DNA of 63,829 nt, filler included, from Octopus bimaculoides (GCF_001194135.2; 8 parts of 6 records of this genome joined end to end with filler, not necessarily neighbours in it); one strand, 5' to 3'. Numbered from the whole stretch's first letter, positions 26,246-39,888 are shown. The notes: generated from the sequence alone by a model not told the origin. Made by a program: numbers and translations.

Positions 26246-26924
26246 GTAGATATATACACCTATACATACACATTATGTAAAATTTTCTTATGACTGTCTT
26301 TGTTATTTCATTGATGTGGTAACATGCATATATATTTTTATCAATGTTTCACAACTAGAAAGACATGGTTGTCGAAAATTTATAATTTATTTGTGGTTAT
26401 TTCTAATTAAATATATATTTGTGTGTATGTGTGTCTCTACAGACATATATACAAACATATAGCTAAAGATGAACAAAAACGAAAAAACCTATGTAGAACT
26501 GCTGAGAAACTTATAGATAATCCACCTAAATTACAAGTTTAGATTTATACCTGTAATTACTGGATCACTTTGAAATGTAACCAACTAACTCAGTACCAAT
26601 CTTGAGAAAATCTTGATCCTCGAAACCAGAAAGGAGAAAGTTAATTGGAAGACTACAGATAACAGCTGTCAATTGAGCTGTCAGAAAATGTACAACTTCC
26701 AAAAGTTTAACATATGAGTACATATGCACATGTCTATACATGAAACTGTACACATGGATATACATACATAAAATAAAACATCAGTAAAACACCAAATACC
26801 TGCACTTATACACAACTATCCAGTGGAGATTTCAATGATGGAGCCTTTGATTTTAGTTGGAAACCAGCTTCTTTTGGCAAAAATTCAGAAATAAAATCTA
26901 GAAATAATTGCATGCATACATACA

Positions 26925-27675
26925 TCAGTTGTGGTGTGCAAGAGAGACGATTGCGCTGGTATGGACATGTGGTGAGAATGGATGAGGATAACTGCGTGAA
27001 AAAGTGCCACACCCTAACAGTTGAGGGAACCCGTGGAAGAGGTAGGCCCAGGAAGACCTGGGCTGAGGTGGTGAGGCAAGACCTTCGTACATTGGGCCTC
27101 ACCGAGGCGATGACTACTGACCGAGACCTTTGGAAATGTGCTGTGCGTGAGAAGACCCGGCAAGCCAAGTAAGATCGTTGCCAGTGCCCCTGGACTGGTT
27201 CTTGTGCGGGTNNNNNNNNNNNNNNNNNNNNNNNNNNNNNNNNNNNNNNNNNNNNNNNNNNNNNNNNNNNNNNNNNNNNNNNNNNNNNNNNNNNNNNNNN
27301 NNNNNNNNNNNNNNNNNNNNNNNNNNNNNNNNNNNNNNNNNNNNNNNNNNNNNNNNNNNNNNNNNNNNNNNNNNNNNNNNNNNNNNNNNNNNNNNNNNNN
27401 NNNNNNNNNNNNNNNNNNNNNNNNNNNNNNNNNNNNNGTGCGGGTGGCACATAAAAGACACCATTTTGAGCGTGGCCGTTTTCGTGCGGGTGACACGTAA
27501 AAGCACCCACTACACTCTCTGAGTGGTTGGCGTTAGGAAGGGCATCCAGCTGTAGAAACTCTGCCAAATTAGATTGGAGCCTGGTGTTGCCATCCGGTTT
27601 CACCAGTCCTCAGTCAAATCGTCCAACCCATGCTAGCATGGAAAGCGGACGTTAAACGATGATGATGATGATGAT
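26925..27675 (+). mobile_element. Young RTE LINE 3' end: ORF C-terminus, 3' UTR tandem array (in gap), (GAT)n tail
   Basis: CGVQERRLRWYGHVVRMDEDNCVKKC...RGRGRPRKTW...DRDLWKCAVREKTRQAK*; the UTR ends ccatgctagcatggaaagcggacgttaaacgatgatgatg. Confidence 0.92.
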
Positions 27676-27948
27676 ACATACATACATGCTGGCTGCCAAA
27701 TTAAATGAGCATGGCTGACAGGTGGGGGAGGGCTGGAATTTGTCTTGTTAGGATCTCCAAAAATTGCTGCAATCTGTTCCCAGTTCAAACAGGATTATCC
27801 TTCTTGATGACTTTGATGCCAGAGTCAGCAGGGATTGGCAGACATGGATCCGCCTTGGATGATTTGTTGTAGGTAATATAGATAGCAACAGTTTGCCTCT
27901 GCTTCAACTGTGCACTGACTATAAGCTGTTTATTTCCAGCACGTAATT

Positions 27949-27990
<42 letters not shown>

Positions 27991-28149
27991 GCATGCATGT
28001 ACATACATACATACATGATGGCCATCCACTCGTGACCGAGGAAGACCATTGCCGACCTTCGGGAACATTGTGCACTCTAGGACTAACTTATATTTTGCAT
28101 TTGCGGTTCCATTGGTGGCGAATGAGCCCTGCTCTTGACAAGCGTACAC

Positions 28150-28280
28150 GACTGCAAACATTGCAGACCAATGCCTGTCATCGCCACAGATGGAGGAAGC
28201 AGGTTAAGGAGGGGATCGACTTCTGAGAGAGCACGTACCCAGCATGAAGAACTTAAGAGAGCTGCGCAAAAGCACATGAC
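28150..28280 (+). mobile_element. Possible RTE (BovB/Expander-like) ORF C-terminal relic
   Basis: ACHRHRWRKQVKEGID, frameshift, ERARTQHEELKRAAQK resembles A.DR..WR..V..G...FE..R.....KR..RK. Confidence 0.4.
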
Positions 28281-28639
28281 TCATATAGTGAATGGGGAAA
28301 ACATACATACATACATACATACATACATACTTACATACATGCCTATTTTAATCATATTTTCTACTTCCTCATTTCATTCAGCTGTATTATATCATTATCA
28401 TTACACATAAATGTTAGATTGAAATAATAACAAAAAAATGTGTTTATTCCTGAAATAATGTTTCAATCATTTCCTATATTTCAGAATATGACCCCCACCA
28501 CTGAAAATGAGAAGAGGTTTGTTACTTTATATTTTATTACTCTAATGTTTTAGTGTTTCCAGTTGAAAGAATATAAAACCTGAAAAATTTTGACACGAGT
28601 TAGTCCTGTATTCTTGTAATTATTGATCTCTTGTTTCAA

Positions 28640-28825
28640 TCATTAGACTACAGCCATATTAGGACACCACCTTGAAGAATTTCAGTACTTTCTTTCTTTT
28701 TTTTTCCTTCTAAGCCTGATACTTATTCTGTCTGTCTCTTTTGCCGAACTGCTAAGTCATGACACATTGAGCACACCAAAACTGGTTGTCAAGTAGTGGA
28801 GGTGGGGACAAACACAGAGATAAAG

Positions 28826-28864
<39 letters not shown>

Positions 28865-29235
28865 CCCTATGGTGGCTGATCTGGTTGTAACTTTGAAGTC
28901 ACTGTCAACAAGATTCTTGTTTAATAATAATAAATTTGTACTGAACAAAAGTATAGAGTAATCCCTCAGATTAATGTAAAATTGCTTTTATTATAACTAA
29001 ACATAAAAAATAAGCAAACATATATCGATAGATAAATAGATAGATATCAATATATATAGATATATATATATATATGTTGAGCTTCTTTTAGTTTCCATCT
29101 ACCAAATCCATTCACAAAACTTTGGTCAGCTCAAGGTTATGGCAGAAGACACTCAAGGTGCAGCACATTGAGACTGAACTTGGAACCATGTGAGTGGGAA
29201 GTTAATTTCTCACCACACGGCCATGCCTGTGCCTA
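28640..29235 (-). mobile_element. SINE family C, old CpG-decayed copy split by about 230 bp of other sequence
   Basis: 3' half at 28640-28830 and 5' half at 29078-29235 are colinear with 10066-10513. Confidence 0.7.
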
Positions 29236-29464
29236 TTATACTTCTCCAACTAGGGTTGGTGAAGTATGATAAATAATTTTGTGACATTTTTAGGCGAACA
29301 AAGTTTTGTTTTAGTCACACACACCTACAATCCATAAACACCACAAACACACACATGTGCACATATATATATATATATGTCTATATGTGTGTGTACATAC
29401 ATAAATGTGTGTATGTATGTGTATATGTACATATATGTATTTATGTGTGTATACACACACTCAA

Positions 29465-29503
<39 letters not shown>

Positions 29504-29509
29504 CATCGC

Positions 29510-29960
29510 CATTTGACGTCTATTTTCCATGCTGGCATGGGTTGGACATTTTTATAGGAATGAGTCAGAAAACAGTGCTGAGCCTCAAAATCTACTTTGA
29601 CATGGTTTCTACAGTTAGATGCCCTTCCTAACACTAATTACTGTGAGTAAAGAGAAGGAAAGGAAATGGGAGTGGTTCAGGGAAGAAGAGGAGGAAGAGG
29701 GGGGGGGGCGGAGGAGGAGGTGGTAACAAGTGGCAGTAATAGAGTTGCAATATGATGTGTAGGGGGAATAAGTGGTACCATTTACAGCACATGAGTGAGT
29801 AGCACCACAGAAGTTTGATGACATGATTGGTGTTAGATGAGTTGTGGGACAAGGTGTGACAGGACCTCTGTGTTGCTGAGATCAACGGATCTTCTCAAGC
29901 ACAACATATTGCCATTCATCTTCAGGACCTTATCTTCTTCTACAACAGGCTCAACAATTT
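29510..29960 (-). mobile_element. Older RTE 3' end
   Basis: The minus strand carries gtgcttgagaagatcc (ORF end), aggaagggcatctaactgtagaaac and cccatgccagcatggaaa...gatgata. Confidence 0.6.
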
Positions 29961-30028
29961 GAGGTTATTCTTCACTGCTTCATCCTATATTTTTCTGGGT
30001 TCCCTTCTACAGGTTTCATCCACGTTTA

Positions 30029-30062
<34 letters not shown>

Positions 30063-30196
30063 CGGAGATGCACTTGCATAGCAAGTGACCTGATCTGAGA
30101 TCGTGTGCTGGAACGAAAACAATTGCAGCGTGGAAGGTGTTTATAAGCCATTTAAAATAACACACAAAATCCGTTAGATTCACTTCAACATTTAAA

Positions 30197-30229
<33 letters not shown>

Positions 30230-30669
30230 GNNNNNNNNNNNNNNNNNNNNNNNNNNNNNNNNNNNNNNNNNNNNNNNNNNNNNNNNNNNNNNNNNNNNNN
30301 NNNNNNNNNNNNNNNNNNNNNNNNNNNNNNNNNNNNNNNNNNNNNNNNNNNNNNNNNNNNNNNNNNNNNNNNNNNNNNNNNNNNNNNNNNNNNNNNNNNN
30401 NNNNNNNNNNNNNNNNNNNNNNNNNNNNNNNNNNNNNNNNNNNNNNNNNNNNNNNNNNNNNNNNNNNNNNNNNNNNNNNNNNNNNNNNNNNNNNNNNNNN
30501 NNNNNNNNNNNNNNNNNNNNNNNNNNNNNNNNNNNNNNNNNNNNNNNNNNNNNNNNNNNNNNNNNNNNNNNNNNNNNNNNNNNNNNNNNNNNNNNNNNNN
30601 NNNNNNNNNNNNNNNNNNNNNNNNNNNNNNNNNNNNNNNNNNNNNNNNNNNNNNNNNNNNNNNNNNNNN

Positions 30670-30726
<57 letters not shown>

Positions 30727-31509
30727 TACAAAATATGGGGGTTTTGTTCACAGGTGATATGAACGACTAGGTATGCTAGGTAAGTGCTGTAACAGATATT
30801 TACACTATCAAGACTTTAACTTACATGGATTTAGACAGGATTGCACCTCAGGACTTACAGACTAACTTCTACACAGTCAGAAAGTTGAACTGTGAACTTT
30901 TATGCCTCTTTGTTCTTCCCTTTCTTCATCTTCTTATTCCTTCTCTCCTGTCCTCTATGTCATCATTTCATTAATCTATACCCTTCTCATTTTCCTTATT
31001 TGTCTCCGATTATGGCATATCCCATACTCTGGGGTATCCTAGAAACAGCTGTAAGACTTTGAACTTTTTCCAATAATAATAATAATAATGTATAAGACTT
31101 GAGATGTTTACCTTGCCTTAACATTTGTTGTCCTCTTTAACNNNNNNNNNNNNNNNNNNNNNNNNNNNNNNNNNNNNNNNNNNNNNNNNNNNNNNNNNNN
31201 NNNNNNNNNNNNNNNNNNNNNNNNNNNNNNNNNNNNNNNNNNNNNNNNNNNNNNNNNNNNNNNNNNNNNNNNNNNNNNNNNNNNNNNNNNNNNNNNNNNN
31301 NNNNNNNNNNNNNNNNNNNNNNNNNNNNNNNNNNNNNNNNNNNNNNNNNNNNNNNNNNNNNNNNNNNNNNNNNNNNNNNNNNNNNNNNNNNNNNNNNNNN
31401 NNNNNNNNNNNNNNNNNNNNNNNNNNNNNNNNNNNNNNNNNNNNNNNNNNNNNNNNNNNNNNNNNNNNNNNNNNNNNNNNNNNNNNNNNNNNNNNNNNNN
31501 NNNNNNNNN

Positions 31510-31572
<63 letters not shown>

Positions 31573-31585
31573 TTATTTATATATA

Positions 31586-32865
31586 TTGGTCATCCTATAA
31601 ATAAGGCAGTTTTTTTCAATTGCATGAACTAAAAGTTGTAAGGGTACAGAATAAACTATCTGCATCAACTTGCTATAAAAGTAAGTAGTAATTTTACCTT
31701 GTCCTTATTCTTAGTGCAAGTTTTGAAGAGTGCAGTTCGATTTTAACAGTTATTTTTTCAAAGTTATAATGGAAATGACAAAGGAGCATATTCAGCATAT
31801 TTTGCTTTATGAGTTCAATAAAGACAACAACTCAACAGAAAGTGTGAGGAATATTAATGCAGTATATAGGGATTGGACAATGAGTGTAAGCCAGTGTCAA
31901 TGGTGGTTCTAGAAATTCTGAGCCAGAAACTACTGCCTAGAAGATGAGCCTTGTCCTGGAAGATCTGTAGAGTGTCACAATAACGTCCTGCAAACCCTGG
32001 TGAAATGAAATCTCATTGTAACTATTGAGAAACTAGCAGAGAAGCTTGGGTTTGGTCATTCAACCATTCATCGACATCTGATTGCCATTGGAAAAGTCAG
32101 CAAATAGGGTCAATGTGTTGTTCCTCACAAACTTTCTGCTTGCAGAGAGTGAATCTGTGCTCTTCTTTGTTGTCATGTCTCATGAATGAACCTTTTTTGA
32201 ACTGATTAGTGACTGGTGATGAGAAATGAGCTCTCTATAAAAATGTGAAGCATCAAAGACAGTGGGTAGTGAAAAGAGAAATACTGGTACCCCAGGTTAA
32301 AGAAAGTCTTCACCCATGTAAGGTGTTGTTATCTATTTGGTGGGATATGAAAGGTTTAGTCCACTTTGAACTTTTAAACCCAAACCAAACGATAACAAAG
32401 GAGATCTACTGCAAGCAGCTTGAGTGGCGTAAGTCAGCGCTAGAAGAAAAAGACGACCATCTTTGGTTTCAAGACAAAAGGTTATCTTCCATCAGGATAA
32501 TGATCAGCCACATACAGTGAGGATGACATTCCAAAGACTGGAGCAGTTTGAATGGGAAACAATGCCCCATCCACCATATTTGCTGGACACTGCCCCATCT
32601 GATTATCATTTATTCTGCAGTCTTCAAAATCATTTGGATGGAAAAAATATGAATTCTGTAGACGAGGTCAAAACAGTCCTGGAGGAGTATTTTTCATCAT
32701 GGACAAGTGAATTTTGAAAGAGGGGCCTTGCAAGTCTACCAGATAGATGGAAGAGCATTGTAGAAAATGAAGGAGAGTATATTTTAGATTAAAAAAGAAC
32801 TTTGTTTATCTTAATTTTGGAAAATAAAAAAGTATAAAAAGGACATTATTTATGGAATTACCCAA
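31586..32865 (+). mobile_element. Full-length (1280 bp) mariner DD34D transposon; transposase pseudogene at about 31769-32792
   Basis: Imperfect TIRs ttggtcatcctataaataa and ttatttatggaattacccaa with TA on both sides. Motifs: HILLYEF, LEDEPCPGR, VTGDEK, HPCKVLLSIWWDMKG, FHQDNDQPH, HPPYLLDTAPSDYHLF, LPDRWKSIVENEGEY. Several stops and a frameshift. Confidence 0.95.
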
Positions 32866-33130
32866 TACACACAGACATGCACACATGTACACATGCATGC
32901 GCATGCACACACGCACACATGCACAAGGCAAAAGAGAAATGCAGCTGCAAATATATCTCCTGCACTGGCTCATAATTCTCACACTTGCAGTGTATGCAAG
33001 GTTAGGGTTAGGGGTTCTTTGCAAATTGTTGGCAGGAATCAAATGTCACATTCAACATAAGTATTACGACTGACACAGAAAGCGTTGGATGTCAGATCCT
33101 CATATATCGAAACTGACAGGAGAGTCCATT

Positions 33131-33167
<37 letters not shown>

Positions 33168-33804
33168 NNNNNNNNNNNNNNNNNNNNNNNNNNNNNNNNN
33201 NNNNNNNNNNNTTAATTAATTAANNNNNNNNNNNNNNNNNNNNNNNNNNNNNNNNNNNNNNNNNNNNCTATTTTGATGTTCTGAGTTCAAATTCCATCAA
33301 GGTCAACTTTGCATTTCATCATTTCAGGGTCAATAAGATAAGTACCAGTTAATCACTGAAGTCAATGAAATCGATCTAAACTCACCCCAAACTTGCTGGC
33401 CTTGTGCCAAAACTTGAAACCGATATTTTACATCCGCGTTAAAGTGTGGAACTGGCAGAATCGTTAGTTTGTCTGCATTTCTTCCAACTCTTGAAATTTT
33501 GCCTTTTATCCTTTCAGAAGAAGTAGCAAGCAAGTACTGAGGTTAATATAATTGCTTAACCTCCTCTTACTAAAATTTAATCTTAGAATATCAACAGATT
33601 ATTTAGTGATGGAAGTGACTACATAAATTTAATCCTACAGGAAGTAGAACCATATTAGTTGTAAAATTCAAGTTGACTGAGAGATCAGGTATCAATTAAG
33701 CTGTTATGGTGAAATTTAAAGAAAGCACAGTTATCCTGAATTATGCATATATATATATATATATGTATGTATATATATATATATATACGTATATATGGCC
33801 TGGC

Positions 33805-34115
33805 TGTTCGTCAGTTACAATGAGTGTCTAGTTGATACATTCAATGGAACAGCAGGCTTGGGAAATTAATGTGTAAGTGGCTGAGCACTCCACAGACATG
33901 TGTAAGTAACCTTAATGTAGTTATCAAGGAGAGTCAGCGTGACACAGAGTGTGTCAAGGCTGGCCCCTTTGAAATATAGATACTACTCATTTTTGCCAGC
34001 TGAGTGCACTAGAGCAGTGTGAAATAAAGTGTCTTGCTCAAGGACACAATGTGTCACCGGAAATTGAACTCACGACCTTATGATCATGAGCCAAATACCT
34101 TAGCCACTGAGCCAT
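33805..34115 (-). mobile_element. SINE family A, CpG-decayed
   Basis: Reverse-complement homolog of 331-650. Confidence 0.75.
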
Positions 34116-34176
34116 GTGTCTTCATATGTGTGTGTATGTGCGCATGTGTGTTTGTATGTGTGTGTAAAGCACATTT

Positions 34177-34208
<32 letters not shown>

Positions 34209-34568
34209 ATATATATATATATATATATGCATATATATATAAATAATATATACGTAATACATATATCACACATGCACACATATATATATGTATACACATA
34301 TATGAATTCATACATATATATATATTTATGTATGTAGGTATGTATGTATATATGTGCATATATATGTATGAATGCATGCATGTATGTATGTATGTATGTA
34401 TGTATGTGTGTGCATTATATACAGAGTGAGAGTGGAGCAATAATGTAGCAATAGTCTTTGACTCAGTGGAGACAAGTTGACTTAAGTCTAGACAATGTCT
34501 AGACTATTATGGTCTTAATCATGTCTCAGAACTAAGAAACAAGAATCACTGCATGGCACCAGCGTGTA

Positions 34569-34607
<39 letters not shown>

Positions 34608-35615
34608 NNNNNNNNNNNNNNNNNNNNNNNNNNNNNNNNNNNNNNNNNNNNNNNNNNNNNNNNNNNNNNNNNNNNNNNNNNNNNNNNNNNNNNNNNNNNN
34701 NNNNNNNNNNNNNNNNNNNNNNNNNNNNNNNNNNNNNNNNNNNNNNNNNNNNNNNNNNNNNNNNNNNNNNNNNNNNNNNNNNNNNNNNNNNNNNNNNNNN
34801 NNNNNNNNNNNNNNNNNNNNNNNNNNNNNNNNNNNNNNNNNNNNNNNNNNNNNNNNNNNNNNNNNNNNNNNNNNNNNNNNNNNNNNNNNNNNNNNNNNNN
34901 NNNNNNNNNNNNNNNNNNNNNNNNNNNNNNNNNNNNNNNNNNNNNNNNNNNNNNNNNNNNNNNNNNNNNNNNNNNNNNNNNNNNNNNNNNNNNNNNNNNN
35001 NNNNNNNNNNNNNNNNNNNNNNNNNNNNNNNNNNNNNNNNNNNNNNNNNNNNNNNNNNNNNNNNNNNNNNNNNNNNNNNNNNNNNNNNNNNNNNNNNNNN
35101 NNNNNNNNNNNNNNNNNNNNNNNNNNNNNNNNNNNNNNNNNNNNNNNNNNNNNNNNNNNNNNNNNNNNNNNNNNNNNNNNNNNNNNNNNNNNNNNNNNNN
35201 NNNNNNNNNNNNNNNNNNNNNNNNNNNNNNNNNNNNNNNNNNNNNNNNNNNNNNNNNNNNNNNNNNNNNNNNNNNNNNNNNNNNNNNNNNNNNNNNNNNN
35301 NNNNNNNNNNNNNNNNNNNNNNNNNNNNNNNNNNNNNNNNNNNNNNNNNNNNNNNNNNNNNNNNNNNNNNNNNNNNNNNNNNNNNNNNNNNNNNNNNNNN
35401 NNNNNNNNNNNNNNNNNNNNNNNNNNNNNNNNNNNNNNNNNNNNNNNNNNNNNNNNNNNNNNNNNNNNNNNNNNNNNNNNNNNNNNNNNNNNNNNNNNNN
35501 NNNNNNNNNNATATATATACACACACACACACACACATGTATATGCATATATATGTACATTTATATATTATACACACACACACACATTGTACATATATAA
35601 TCATATTTATGTTTA

Positions 35616-35780
35616 CAGTAATGCCTCGCCATATTGCGGTTCACCTATCGTGGTTTATTATTTAAGCTTACGTTAATTCCTCCATGGTGTTGTTTTGCAT
35701 TCATAATAAGATAAATATATGCAAATTATATACAATACAGTACTGTTTCCACTTCGTGGATTTTCACCTATCACGGTGGG
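35616..35780 (+). mobile_element. Tigger/pogo-like non-autonomous fragment, joined to a SINE C fragment at about 35781-35905
   Basis: TA-cagtaatgcctcgccatattgcggttcacctatcgtgg left end and acttcgtggattttcacctatcacgg resemble Tigger-type ends (from memory). Confidence 0.45.
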
Positions 35781-35916
35781 ATTTTGGAATGGGTTCAGTC
35801 CCACTGCATGGCACATTGGACAAGTGCCTTCTACTATAGCTCTGGGCTCACCAAAGCCTTGTGAGTGGGTATGGTAGACGGAAACTGAAAGAAACCCGTC
35901 ATATATATATACACAC

Positions 35917-35949
<33 letters not shown>

Positions 35950-36049
35950 NNNNNNNNNNNNNNNNNNNNNNNNNNNNNNNNNNNNNNNNNNNNTTAATTA
36001 ATTAANNNNNNNNNNNNNNNNNNNNNNNNNNNNNNNNNNNNNNNNNNNN

Positions 36050-36720
36050 GCAAGATCGTTGCCAGTGCCCCTGGACTGGCTCTTGTGCGGGTGACACATG
36101 AAATGTTTTGAGCGGGACGGGATCGTTGCCAGTGCCCCTGGACTGGCTCATGTGCGGGCGACACATGAAGTCTTTCGAGCGGGATCATTGCCAGTGCCTC
36201 TGGATTGGCTCATGTGCGGGTGACACATGAAATCATCCGAGCGGGATCGTTGCCGGTGCCCCTGCGCTGGCTCTTGTGCGGGTGACACATGAGGTTTTTT
36301 GAGCTAGATCGTTGCCAGTGCCCCTGGACTGGCTCTTGTGCTGGTGACACATGAAATTTCTTCAAGCAAGATCGTTGCCGGTGCCCCTGAACTGGCTCTT
36401 GTGTGGGGTTGTTGTAGGATTTTCGAGCGGGATCGCTGCTGGTGCCCCTGGACTGGCTCTTGTGCAGGTGACACATGAGGTTTCTCGAGCGAGATGAGCA
36501 TGGCCGTTGCCAGTACCGCCTGACTGGCCTTCGTGCGGGTGACACATAAAAGCACCCACTACACTCTCTGAGTGGTTGGCGTTAGGAAGGGCATCCAGCT
36601 GTAGAAACACTGCCAAATCAGATTGGAGCCTGGTGTAGCCATCTGGTTTCACCAGTCCTCAGTCAAATCGTCCAACTCATGCTAGCATGGAAAGCGGACG
36701 TTAAACGACGACGACGACAT
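36050..36720 (+). mobile_element. RTE 3' UTR with 7 tandem ~62-bp units plus a terminal variant; (GAC)n tail
   Basis: Units start at 36054, 36121, 36183, 36245, 36307, 36370 and 36431, with a variant at 36493; then the same terminal UTR as 27500-27675. Confidence 0.9.
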
Positions 36721-36844
36721 TAATCCCCTGAGATCTCAGATATTTCTTCTGAATCTCTCTAATTCTTTCAATGTGCTAGCTTCCTGGTAATAAATCAATA
36801 TTAATTAATATCTGATTTTTTTACCCTATGTTTTAATTTAATTA

Positions 36845-36907
<63 letters not shown>

Positions 36908-36909
36908 CA

Positions 36910-37670
36910 TGGCCATTTCCCTGTTGATACCAGGGTCCAGTCTTCTTTCACATTCACTAATATTTTAGTCTTACTTCAATTTACTTTGAGGTGCTTTATT
37001 TCCATGAATTTCTTTTTCAATTTTATTACAGTTTCATCTATAAGAATTATTATAAGCAGAAAAGGATGAGGACTAAGCCTTGTTTCATCCCAACCCACAC
37101 ACCAAATTTATTATCACTGTACTCATTACAAACTCCCAATTTGTTGACTGCATTTATGTATATAGCTTGTACAACTCTCACAAATCACTCATCAACTCCA
37201 AATTTCCTCAGTCACCACCAGATCACAGAGCAGAGAACACTACCCAAAGCCTTTTCTAGGTCAACAAAAGCCAAGTATTATTTCTGGCTATATGCTCCTC
37301 CTGCAACAGTCTTACTAGTTAGACAACATCAGTAGTACTTCTTGGCACTAAACCAAACTGCATCACGTCTATGTTAATTCATCTCCTAATCAATTGCATA
37401 GGAACACTTTCTGTAACCTCCATAACCTGGTCTAACAGTGTAATATTTCTGTAGATTTCTCTCTTTCTAATGCATTGCTTTTGTCTTTATAGCTGTTAAA
37501 TAATTATACTGCAATGCCAGTCATTAGGTATGATACCCTCCTGTAATATCTGATTCACTATGTTGGTTTGTAACCCATATCATACGTTGTCAGATATTTT
37601 AAGTATTTCATCAGGCATTCCTGGTGGACCAAGTGCCTTCATATCTTTAATAACTCATACCGCTTATCAG
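36910..37670 (-). mobile_element. Old RTE RT relic
   Basis: Minus-strand motifs KALGPPG, MQFGLVP and LAFVDLEKA, with many stops. Confidence 0.7.
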
Positions 37671-39888
37671 CATTCCTCAAAAAACAAATGGTGAAGCAAT
37701 AAAATCTCTACTAGACATTTAGTAACACATTTTCTATTTAAAACTCTACAAAATTACATAGCAATTAGGTAAAATATAGAGCTGGGATGTGATAGAAAAT
37801 AAGATGGATCTTCATCTTATCTCATCTTTGATTAAATAATTTTAGATTAATTTTGGTCAAAACACAACTATAATTCAAGCAACTGAAAATATAAAACAAA
37901 ATTTTATCACATAAATTTATATATAAATCTATATTTAACAGATCAAATTGTTCTTGGTTAGGAAACATAACAAAAATATCTAAAAGAAGATGATATAAAT
38001 CTTAATGATAAATTTCATCTTCAGAATTTAACTTCTACAATATATTCATACAGAAACATACAGACATAGACAAAGTGACCCCCACCTTACATACACACAC
38101 AACTTATTGGAATTTGCAATATATTATATTGATATCGTATTACAGTACTTAAGTCACCATAACAAATTCACTTCTTCCTCAAATTCCTAAACAAAAGATC
38201 TGCCAAGATAAAAAGCCACTTCAAAACTAATGTCCTAATCCCATTCTACTCAAGTATGCTCTCAAAAAATATCTTCAGTATGAATTGTTCTAAATAAAAT
38301 GAATTGTTCACAACACTTTAAACTAAAACACTTTAAACTAATTCATACTATCCACCTACTATGGCTTACACTAACTATACAAGTTATCAAAACCAATATA
38401 CTGTAATTAAAGTTTTAAATTTGTAAGATGAAATCTTTCCAGTAGAGTATGTTATAGTATATTCAATTTTCTCTTAATTATTTTTCTTCTCTCAAAAACA
38501 AAAACTAAAAAAGACTAGACTATGTTTGTTAATCACCACAAAAATGTAGTAAAAGTCAATTAGATATATTTGAAACTATCTAATTACTTGGTAGCTGCTG
38601 ATAAGGAAAGATAACACAGTTTTGTAAGTAAATAGTTACAAATATACAATTTACCCATAAAATATTTGCTGCTTTTTTTAATATCTTACATACTGGAAAG
38701 TTAGTGCTCTAATAAAATACATTTTAAAATTTCAAGTCTAAAACTAATTATTCTGATGAATACACAAATCTGTTAGATGTGAAAAGAGAGAGACAAGTTC
38801 CCATTATCAGAATCTGTGACTCAGTTCTGATTCCTGTTTGAAATGAAGTCAACTTAAGCTATCTCATTTACTTGCACTAAAATGTTATGTTCTTGCATCC
38901 AATTAAACAGAAAATTTCATTTAGTACTTTTTAATATATACTGCACAAACTGTAAACTGCATGTTTGGAAGAAAGGATAGAATAAATATAAGACATTATA
39001 AGGTACATGAATAAAATTATCAGGAAAATTACTGTTACTCGGGAAAGAGAGTAGTTGACTGAACCAATCATACTTTATTGATACTTAAAGACAAATTTAG
39101 AGGGTCTGTACTCAGGGCACCCAACTTTCTCAAACTGATTTCTAGAATAAAATATGCAACAATATTAGAAAAATTAGAAATGCAAACAATGTCATCTTCT
39201 GTATTTACTAGGAAAAAATATTTGATACAATAACGCATTAAATATGATGACACCTACTCATGTACTGTTGTTGTTGAGCCCCAGATCAGCCCTGATTGAG
39301 CAGACCTATGATATGCTTAATTAGGGATGAGCTGGTTCTCATGTGAAGGGATAATCCTAGATGGAATGATTGAGCCTAACTGATCAAGGTTGATCTGTCA
39401 GGCTAAATTATTCCAGCCATGGCTATCTCTTCTTTTCCCCATGCAGTATACCCAGGACCACATTATGCAATGTGTTCATTAAGATGGCAGGATATGATTT
39501 GAAGGCAATCAGGCTGCTGTTTATAGCAAAGTAAGTTATCTTATAGAAGTACCCTCTTATGCAGGTAATGTCTTAGAAATAATTCCTAAATAATTTATGT
39601 TTTTTCTGTTATTAAATATACATTTTGTATATTTACATAGCAATTCATTCATTACTACTGTGACAATTAATTGTGAAACTACACTTCATTATGTCTGGAA
39701 TTATCTACAATACTTGCCAATAAAATGAAATATATATAATATTAATCATGAGATATCAATAATTTTTCCTTACTGTATATTTTATTATACCTTAGCTATG
39801 CTGATATCTGCTTACCTATTATATCAATACTATTATACTAAGTCTAAGAAGAATTGACTATGTAGTTGCTTGACCTGCTAGAAATTAG

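Noticed and set aside
36054-36560. CRISPR-like regular array
   Set aside because: The units are contiguous near-identical repeats with no unique spacers, there are no cas genes, the context is eukaryotic, and the array lies in a LINE UTR.
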